Notes under the pieces: model-generated
Seen by the model: only the letters and a program-made list of their open reading frames with translations
Told to the model about the DNA's origin: nothing
Database searches by the model: none
Assembly (NCBI RefSeq): GCF_002113885.1
Contig: NW_018408532.1
Span: forward strand, 668,685-732,684
DNA from: Mizuhopecten yessoensis
Taxonomy: Eukaryota
Direction: 5' to 3'
DNA: 64,000 nt
Translations under genes and position numbers: made by a program
Shown: piece after piece, positions 54,448 through 64,000 of the stretch
How positions within the stretch are numbered: the first letter of the stretch is position 1
How the letters are laid out: each line of letters opens with the position of its first letter

Positions 54448-56592
54448 GTAAACATGAGTGGCTAGACTGTAACCATGGTGATCAAAGGGTCAATGCGTTT
54501 AGGTTGTATATATAGAGTCTTCATGTAGCGTTACCAATGTCCAATACTGACCAATCGAGTATCATGCTAATCTTAATCACACATTGACCAGTGGCCTGAA
54601 TCAACTGACAGACATACGTCGGTCATTCGTCGGAAGTAACTAATGTACAATTCGAGTGCGGAAGGAGGAGGCGGTCAACAACAATACTACCTTATCAAAT
54701 ATGCATGGACCACCACTAATTTAACTTACCTTAATGATTACTCTAAAGTAGTCGTGATGAGTATGGGGGGGGGGGGGCACGGTACGGTGGCTGTGCCAAT
54801 GTGGACACACACAGCCCTATGTATGTCTTCCTCATCTTCACCATACATACACGTGCATTGGTATGCCTAAATACACACGTATACGACTTAAATCTTAGAA
54901 CAATGACACATATTTAGGTTCAATCTCTTAACAACAGTTTTTGAATGCCATCGACATGTCTGTCGATGGTATTCAATATTTCAAACGTTTTAAACTTTTA
55001 TTCGTTGAAGTCCTTTGGATACGACACGAGACGAAATTCAATTTGTTTATAACGTTTGTTCTGTTATAGATAATCGAACTCAATCACTGTCAAAGCAAAA
55101 CTTAATGCAAAGTAAGAGCCTCTATGACACCGACCTGTTCACGTTTTATCGGTTACAAAATGGACAGACAGTGACACAGATTGGGAATGCCTTGCCATTT
55201 GTTCTTTGGTTTGTTTGGATTAAGTGATACGATTCAACTTAGCAAGAATCAATAGGACTCCTATTGATATTGTCTGAAGAATCAGCATCACCCCCTAACG
55301 CGTCGCACTGACTGGCGCTAGTTCACGCCTCCCTGCGCCGCCCTGGTGACGATGAATTGCATACACTTCGTAGGTAAATGCGTACTCATTAAATATGTTG
55401 GTCGAGTAAGACTGGTCGGAGACGAGAGATATTTATGTGACAGTGCTGTGGAGTACCAACACGTGAAGGTATGTCCCCTTCAGCACGGTGCAAACGACTG
55501 TCCACATGTTGGATAACTGATGGATAACGGCACGTGCAGCTCCAAACACCTTTCAAGATTCAATGGCCTTGCCTAATTCCAGTGGCACATGACTTAGATT
55601 ACAAGTCACCCCATCACTTTCTAGTGTTAAGCTTAATTGGGATAGGAATATATGTGCCAAGACTTTCGGGTTGTGCCGGCTAGATTAACACTTCATTTTA
55701 AATGTTTTTTACAAAGTGCATGCATTAAACAGTGTAAATCATTTAGAATTGTAAATAGTAGGTTGAAGAATTTGACATCCTCTTCAATGTATGACCACTT
55801 TAGTAATATTCATGTTTCTTGAGGGATTGTGTTTTCCCCCTACAGACCATGCAAGTGCAACAATCAATTCAAAATGAAGTTATGAGGAGGTTACTTTATA
55901 CACGAAAAACTACAGTGCAACTGGACAGTGATCTTTAAACCTGTACTCTGTTTTGTACTGAGTGTATAACGAGGTATTCAATATATACTTGGCTATCAAA
56001 CAGACAGGGGGTTTGCAGCTTGTGTTACATTTGCTGCACACCCCGTACACAATTACATTTTCCCCCCCGGCTGAATCAAGAACAATTTCTCCTCATTTTT
56101 ATAATATACAAAAGCAAGTTTTTCATACAGCAGTTATATTCTCCACGAAATGATTAGTCGGTTCTACGTTGTTCATAAATGTAACGACAAAACCGTGTTA
56201 CGACTTCGTTTGCGTGGGTAAATGATGACTTTTAAACCTGTGTTATAGTGAGTGCCGGGTCGAGTCAGGATCGGTGTAACGTAAAAAGCCCAATCGGGCT
56301 GCCAAGTACACGCTTACTCGGGATACAGCAACTTCTGTTTTATTACTTTTTTATCGTTTGTGAATTCCAAAAAGCAACTTCAAGGGAAATCGATGTATTA
56401 AACACAAATTGCATTGTATCAAAATACTATTTCAGAATGGTGTTCCTAGTGATAGGCTTACAAGATCGACCAGGAAGAGAGCCAGAGGTGGTCTTCGCTC
56501 ATCTCCGAGTTGGCCATACTTTCCATACACAAACCGCAGAAACATGGAAACAAATTACATGATTTACGTTTGGACCAACCTGACGTGAAGAT

Positions 56593-56905
56593 GTTTTTGT
56601 TTGTTTATATTTTGTGTCATATGAAGATGATGTCCACAGTTGAAGGGACCTCACGAAGGTCCTTTAAAGTGCAATCTCACTGAAATGCCATACTAACGAC
56701 ATACGTTAGCACGACACCCCAGTAAGTCACCCTATACTGAAAACGACTTGACGTCTTTACCTACACAAATTGTAAAGCTGAACGCTTAAGCTAACAACAT
56801 TAAGTATCAATTAAATGATTTTGGTTTCTCTCGGTCATTGGGACATAACCCACAATCTTCATCGTTCGGGCGAATGTTCAACGCCAAGGCCAAAAGCGAA
56901 GCATT
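56593..56905 (-). mobile_element. Old, diverged tRNA-derived SINE
   Basis: GTTT tail at the left, AGTGCAATCTCACTGAAAT central motif shared with the 24191 element, and a degenerate B box (reverse complement GGGTTATGTCCC) near 56840-56852. Confidence 0.6.
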
Positions 56906-58022
56906 GACAAATAAAGAATTGGAATGGAAAAAAAATGGTTAGAAAAAATACATGTTAAAAGGATCCCAAATCTGCAATAGAGGAAAAAGATCTACAGTGA
57001 ACTTTGGTCGCTTTCGTAAACCCCTCAGTGCAAAAAAGAAAATTCTCAATTCTGCTGCGGGGTTTTCCAAATTGGTCGATTGGTCGACTCTTGCGAATGA
57101 AGTAACAGCAGGGTTGTTTTTCTCAGTCCCGATCTGCGTGGGTGTGATGTTATTAAGGGATACTGTTACACGTTTCAGGGGTTTCGATCAAGGCCACGAT
57201 TCTCAGATCTCAGAGATTCACACTGTTTAAAATTGGAAGACCATCAATTCTGCGTTTATTTTCATGCATCTTTCATGCTTTAAACACTTGCTGAAAGGCT
57301 GTTTTGATTTTCAACATATTCGTGATGTGAACTATCAAATTGATTATAATGGCGACATTTTTGCAAATGAACACGTTAACCTGCTTTTACTATACAATAT
57401 AAAACACCGTTATAAACTGCAGAAGGTTTTAATGTTGCTGTTTGATGTTGAGCGACCTTTCGTGTCACAGCGCCGTAAATAACCCATCTATCTAACCGCT
57501 ATCGATCAAATTGGTCTAGGGGAGATAATTTCATGACGGTTCAGATTATTCGCTTTCCTTGTTTGGATATCTTACCCAAATGAAACTAACAATGCAAAAA
57601 TGTGATGTCAATTTCCGATGATCAGCCAGAAAACCGATTTCAAGGTCAATCACCCAAAGAACGGGATCGGCTACCGACTGCGCCATTATTCAATCTACAT
57701 TTACAGATTTACGTCAAACTTTTGGGCTGATTTAAGACTGATTCTGCTGTGCATGCTGTCCTGCCACCTAATTGTCCCACCCACAAAACAGACACTGATG
57801 GGACATATTTCTGTACCGGTACATAGATATGGCATACTTTATACGACGTTACAAATTGTGAGTCCGGGTTTCGCGCAAGTGGATGCACACTGTATTCATC
57901 CGCGCTATAAACGAGTTATATCTGCAATGTCGTATAAAAGTCCTCTATGGTATTAATTTTAGAACATACACAGTACCTACAATTTTTCTTTCTGCGCATG
58001 TTAAAACTGGGATAATACGACT

Positions 58023-58230
58023 GTAGTTAACATATACACGGCAGGTATTTATCAACAAATAATAAACAAGTAACCGTATTACACTGTTACTTATTATAAC
58101 GTGATCACAAGTGTACAGTTTCTACTTAAAAAAGTATACAGTATCACTTATTATCATGTGATCAACAAGTGTAGAACATCACTTTTTATCATGTGATCAA
58201 CAAGTGTAAAATATCACTTTTTATCACGTA
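58023..58230. repeat. Dispersed repeat with 35-bp minisatellite, copy A
   Basis: GTAGTTAACATATACACGGCAGG...CCGTATTACACTGTTAC followed by TCACTT(A/T)TTATCA(C/T)GTGATCAACAAGTGT units; homologous to 61595-61870. Confidence 0.75.
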
Positions 58231-58408
58231 ATAGCTGAGAAAGGCAAATTGAAATATGACATGGGTTGTGACATCATAGTAAGATCATCTCTAAATGATG
58301 TTTCATGCATATTTGTGGTGAAATTAACTGTCTCAAAATGCGTGTTATTTTTTTTTTTTTTTTAAAACAAAACAATTTAAAAACAAATCAGCATGTAATA
58401 TTCGTTCG

Positions 58409-58484
58409 TATTCTGATTCACTCTCAATAGAGTACATCAAGTAAGATATTCTGATTCACTCTCAATAGAGTACACCAAGGAAGA
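58409..58484. repeat. 38-bp tandem duplication
   Basis: TATTCTGATTCACTCTCAATAGAGTAC occurs twice in tandem. Confidence 0.85.
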
Positions 58485-58699
58485 CTTATATTCGGATTTG
58501 TATTTTGAATTGGAATTTTGTCTTATTTCGAAATTTAATTGCAAACAGTGAAGGTTAATTTTTGGTACATGTGTAAGTGTTTGAGTTGAAACAGAGGTCT
58601 ACCGCGGTTCATTGAGATGCTTTAATTGAAAGTAGTTAAATTTTGATTTAATTGGAAATTGCATTAACAGTTATTATGTATCAGTTCGTAGTTTCTATC

Positions 58700-59120
58700 A
58701 AGCAAAAAAATATCATAAACCAATTATTTCTACAAAGACAAGAACATAAACCAAATGATCATTACTTAGACAAGTAAATAAAGTATTGGTTTGTAATAAG
58801 GAAAGCATATAAACCAATGGTTTCTACCGGCCAAGTTTATCATCAAATGGTTTCTACCTATAGCCAAATATGGCGACCATTGATTTCGATATGCGTCAAT
58901 AGATATGAAAACCAATGGTTTGTATCAAGCCAAATACAGCAAAATAAATGGTTTCTTCTAAGTCAGATACATAAATAAATGGTTTCTTCTAAGTCAGATA
59001 CATAAATAAATGGTTTCTCCTAAGTCAGATACATAAGTAAATGGTTTCTACTACAACAAGGACATCATCTTACGGTTTCTGCTTAAACATTTAGACTATC
59101 ACCCAAAGGTTTCTGCTTAG
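58700..59120. repeat. Degenerate 31-bp minisatellite
   Basis: Core AAATGGTTTCTTCTAAGTCAGATACATAAAT (58950, 58981), with diverged ATGGTTTCTA units on both sides. Confidence 0.75.
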
Positions 59121-59809
59121 TCAAGAGTATGTGTGAACAAAAGGCGTATGTCACCCAAAGATCACCAAGTTAACAAGTCGCTATCTTTCCTAAATATGCA
59201 CAAAATAACCTAGCGGAGGCATCGTGTTATATTTAATATTAGAGATAATGTGAATTTCTGATGATATACTAAGATTATATAAACACGTGTAATCTATCGT
59301 CTGCCTGACATCAGAGCTGTATTTATATCCATTTTAGATGACAATCCTATCCCGTGTCAGATCCCTTTTGGAAATCACAGGATGTAGCGTCTGAGTCGGG
59401 GAATCGAATCCATGGTAATTTTTTGTTTTACTTTTCCGGTTGACGTTGACAAAAATACTGGTCTCAAGGACTTTGTTAAACAAACAAATAAATCAAAGAA
59501 TTAGACAGACGACAAACAATACACACAGGTAATTGCACATATAAAATTTGGTTATGAATTACACTGCATCACAAACCAGTTTCGCCCTTTCAGGTCACAT
59601 CGGTAATGTTTGGGACAAAACAAATTGAAATCCAAACTGTTGAAACAGAAGAGGAGAAGCGTTAAACCCAATAAATATATGAATTTCATAAATTGGAGGA
59701 ATACCGGTTAAAAGTTAGACGGACAACATGAGCAGTAGAGAAATGAATACACCAATAACACAGACGACCTAGAAAAACTTCAAAGGTCTTTGTTTTTCAG
59801 AGAAACATC

Positions 59810-60730
59810 ACAGACCGTTGGTAGATAGTTGTACAACACATGTCGTATTGAGTGAAGTACACCAATATCACAGACCGTAGGGAGTTATTAGGCAGCCAAC
59901 ACAGGCCGTAGGGAGTTAGTTAGACAAACAATAAAGACCGTTGGGAGTGAGTTACACCAATATCGCAGACCGTAGGGAGTAAGTAAGACAAACAACAAGT
60001 ATCGTTAGGGAGTTAGTTAGACAACCAACACAGGTCGTAGGGAGTTACTTAGACAAACAACACATGTCGTTAGGGAGTTACTTAGACAAACAACACATGT
60101 CGTTAGGGAGTTAGTTAGACAAACAACACATGTCGTTAGGGAGTTAGACAAACAACACATGTCGTTAGGGAGTAAAACAAACAACAAATTTCGTAAGGGA
60201 GTTAGACAAACAACACATGTCGTTAGGGAGTTAGACAACCAACACAGGTCGTAGAGAGTTACTTAGACAAACAATAAATGTCGTTAGGGAGCTAGTTAGA
60301 CAAACATCTCGTGTCTTTATGGAGCTACTTAGACAAACATCACATGTCGTTAGGGAGCTAGTAAGACAAACATCACATGTCTTTAGGGAGCAAGTTTGAC
60401 AAACATCATATGTCTTTAGGGAGCTACTTAGACAAACATCACATGTCTTTAGGGAGTTAGCTAGATAAACAACACATTTCGTTAGGGGGTTACAATAATG
60501 TAGTTAGAAAACAACAAATGTCGTTAGGGAGTTTGTTAGACAAACAACACATGTCGTTAGGGAGTTAGTTCGACAAACAGTATAGATCGTTTAGAGTGAG
60601 TTACACCAATATCGCAGACCGTAGTAAGTTAGTTACACAAACAACACTGCGCTATAACTCCACAGACCGTAAGGATCTAGTCAGACGAACAAACACAATG
60701 AGTCACTCGTAATGAGTCAGTTAGACAAAC
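59810..60730. repeat. 33/29-bp minisatellite
   Basis: Unit GTTAGGGAGTTAGTTAGACAAACAACACATGTC, with variants 4 bp shorter. Confidence 0.92.
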
Positions 60731-61594
60731 ACCTTTTACTTACTAGTTAGTTTCCAAGTGAAGCGCCGACTTACATCGGAAAGTTTGTGAGCATTTGCTT
60801 GGAAGTAAGTCATTCAAGGTCCTAAAAGTCCAACAGGCAAATCAGAAAAAAAATGTTGAGAACGCTATTCACCTTCTATAATGTAGCAAACATTCAATTA
60901 TTGACTTACTTGTTAGGGTGTTTATTTCCCTCGAATACCCTAACCGAAATTTTAAATCCGCGAGACGATCGAATGAAGTTACAAAGAAATCAAACAAAAT
61001 GTATTGGCGCTTTAACAAAATCATTTGCAACTACATGTTTGCAAGAAACGAAGATGTTCGATTGTTTCTCTCTCAAAATTAGTTTATTCAGCTATCACAA
61101 TGTGGGAGCATGGCTAGTCCTATATACAGACAGCGTAGTAGTTAGTGTTATATACTAAAACTAGTATTATATTCTGCTGAGTACAGAGCGCTTATGCTTG
61201 AGGGCTATTCTGTTAATCTTCAACACATATACATTAGAAAGTCTTTTTTTAATTACTTACATGATGTTATAATGTTCCCGCCAAATGTAACACGGCAGTG
61301 GAATCTGCCGAACGCCCACAGGACAGCACTGAGTCTGTAGTTCATGTAAAAACACGCTAAATCTTCGTGTTCTGTTCATGTCCAGTTACAGGCGGATATT
61401 GAAATTGATTTCGTACCTCATCAATTATGGACAAGCGTCTGCGACCTGCCAAATTAAATTATGAATTGGTAGATATTTATGAAGTCTAGAACCCCACGCG
61501 CTAATGCACAGATTCGCCTCATGGAAGGCACGGCTTTTAACAAGTATACGAATGTCTTCGACAACAGAGAACATTTTTGGTAACTTGTCATTTC

Positions 61595-61870
61595 GTAGTT
61601 AACATGTACACAGCAGGGAATTATCAACTAGGAATAAACAAGTGCCCGTATTACACTGTTACGTGTTATCACGTGATCAACAACTGTAAAATATCACTTA
61701 TTATCACGTAATCAATAAGTATTTAGTATCACTTATTATCACGGGATCAACAAATGTACAGAATCAACCTATTATCACGGGATCAACAAGTGTAAAGTAT
61801 AATTTATTATCACGTATTCAACAAGTGTATATTATTGAACACTCATTTAAAGTGATCAACAAATGCACAC
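61595..61870. repeat. Dispersed repeat with 35-bp minisatellite, copy B
   Basis: Direct-orientation homologue of 58023-58230 (offset 3572). Confidence 0.75.
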
Positions 61871-62559
61871 TATCAACTAGTCATTATATGTATACCTAGC
61901 TAGTCACCAAGCAAAGAGTATCAACTTATATATATTATATAAAAACAAATCTTAACAGCGAGTCTTTAGTACTTTCATCTCTTCTAGGAGATTCTTCAGA
62001 CTGTTGAACTTATATATATATAATTATTACCATGTGATTATCACACAGAACTTTTGTGAAAATTAGTGCTGAAATTGACTGTGGAAATAATTGCTTATTC
62101 ATGAAAAGCTTTAATCTGTTCATTTCTAGCAACTCAAGTGTGACTACAAAACACGTTTGAATGACATTTAGACGGAATTTGGCTATATACATGTTACATT
62201 ATCCTAATTGTAATTATCTACGTCACTATCTATATCCTTTGTGACATGTAAGATCAGAATCATGTGAGTGGAGTTTTTATATCTCTATAAGCTCGTACAC
62301 TTTGTAAACTTACTTTCACAACTCATTACTATTGTCCATCCCATTACGCAACAGGATTAGTGTAATAGAATTTACCTTGTGGACACTGACCACAGGTAAT
62401 TGATCTTTCAATTAGTGACACCTGTCACTCAAAGCTTAGGTACCTTTATTGTATACGTACTGTGATATGATGTTTTGTAAATCAGTGAGGTTCTAGACAC
62501 ATCGGGAATATTTTGGACACTCCAGTATATCCCACCGTCAAGTCAAAACCTATCTCTTA

Positions 62560-64000
62560 TTGAATTTCAAAGTTAAACTTTCATCAACTCTTACGTCATT
62601 CATTGTCAGTGCGACTGTCATCACCGGTGTGATAGGCCCATTCACCACACAGGTAAGTGGCATAACAACAATGAAGCTTTATGTTTTGGTCCTTCAGTTG
62701 GCCATATTGGCCTCGTTCTACCAAATTTCCCCCGAACCGTGTAATATTACCTCACACCAACATGAGAAACAGGTACACACCAACAATGTTCAGAATTGAA
62801 TATTCCCTTGCAGACCAGGACCACCCATGGACATGCATGGTACTAGAACGTAAAGGCTACAGTATACATGATGTAACAGTTACTTCTGCCCTATTAGAGC
62901 GCGGCTATCCTATGTTCTTGTTCAAACCAATATGTGCAGATATGTCTGATAAGCCCAACCTAGGTCTACTGACGATGAACAACCTATTTAGACCCAGAAC
63001 ATCATCATCCAAATTAAGACCCAGTAAGCTATTACACATCTTACTGTACGATCTAATGATGTAGAAACAAACCCGGGCCCCAGGTAATGATAGCACCAAA
63101 TATATGTGTGTTCCATGCGACAACACAGTGACCTGGGAACACCAAGGTATTGTGTTCGAGTCATGTGATCAATGGTACCATACAAGCTGCCAAAATATCT
63201 AAGTAATACTTACCAGGACCTCAATGATAGCATGGTGGGCAGGTATGTATTATTTGCGACCAACCAAAGTACGGCTCAATAGCTATGATCTACATGGCAC
63301 CATCACATCAAACCGTTACGACACGCTCAATAACATCATGAGTCCCACAGACGGTAGCTTCAACATAAGCAATGCTTATGCCAAATAGACCCCTTCACGC
63401 CTCGACTCCTCAACGACGGAGAAACAACATGGCCAAACCGAAAAATGTAAAGCCCCTGCGAGTACTAAATGTCAATTTCCAGTCAGTGAAAAATAAGCAA
63501 CATCTCTTCCTAAACCTACTCGAAAGTACAAAGCCTGATGTAATATTAGGAACAGAAACATGGCTTAATCCATCAATAAATGACTCAGAATTGATACCAG
63601 ATAATTTTAAAGTATTTCGGAAAGACCGAATGTCAAATGTGGATAAGACCTTTTGGTGGCATGGGGTACTCGTCGCATAAAAATCTGACTTTGTCAGAGA
63701 TGAAGTAACAGAGTTAGACCTCACCAGTAAAGAGGACCCAACTGAATTAGTATGGGCTAAAGTAAAAAAAAAATCGGAATGAAATCCCTATACCTAGCTT
63801 CCTTTTATAATCCCTAAATTCAGATTAGAATAGGTTAAATGGTCTAGAAGCATCACTCAGAAAGGTCACATCAATAAACAATGCCCAAATTTTACTAGGT
63901 GGGGACTTCAATTATCCAGGCATGGACTGGAAAAACTAAATCCTAAAACCCAAAACAAATAATCCCAAATTACACTTTGATTTTGGTAACTTTTTGGACG
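62560..64000 (+). mobile_element. Decayed APE-type non-LTR retrotransposon (CR1/L2-like LINE), 5' part, truncated by the window end
   Basis: Frameshifted coding remnants: 2A-like DVETNPGP (63058-63081) and a PHD-type zinc finger (YMCVPCDNTVTWEHQGIVFESCDQWYHTSCQNI, about 63101-63199). APE endonuclease motifs follow: LNVNFQS, PDVILGTETWL, RKDR, ELVWAKV, YLASFYNP and GGDFNYPGMDW (from 63898). Multiple stops and frameshifts; the 5' boundary is approximate. Confidence 0.9.
63372..64000 (+). pseudogene. Apurinic-like endonuclease (EEP) domain of the LINE, disrupted
   Basis: ORF 63372-63680 encodes the N-terminal half. Later motifs continue in shifted frames past the stop at 63678-63680. Confidence 0.85.

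Overview
AT-rich eukaryotic genomic DNA, gene-poor and repeat-rich. It is most likely a bivalve mollusc; this is inferred from the SINE and repeat content, not proven. The only intact protein-coding gene is a class A aminergic GPCR of the 5-HT4 receptor type (371 aa, CDS uninterrupted). It appears twice (37221-38336 and 42882-43997) because about 5 kb is repeated at an offset of exactly 5661 bp across a single N at 40053, most likely a false duplication at a contig join. The rest is tRNA-derived SINEs sharing a common 3' tail, MITE-like elements, about a dozen unrelated minisatellite families, and a decayed CR1/L2-type LINE at the right edge. The best leads are four. (1) A virus-like 2A/StopGo motif (DVETNPGP) in the LINE, lying between a signal-peptide-like leader and the PHD finger plus APE endonuclease. 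(2) A 59-bp minisatellite carrying six perfect CRE palindromes upstream of a receptor type that is usually Gs/cAMP-coupled. (3) A possibly structured, ribozyme-like 5' end on a SINE-like element. (4) A degenerate hammerhead-like motif. I cannot support a new multi-gene system here; nearly all short ORFs in the track are spurious.
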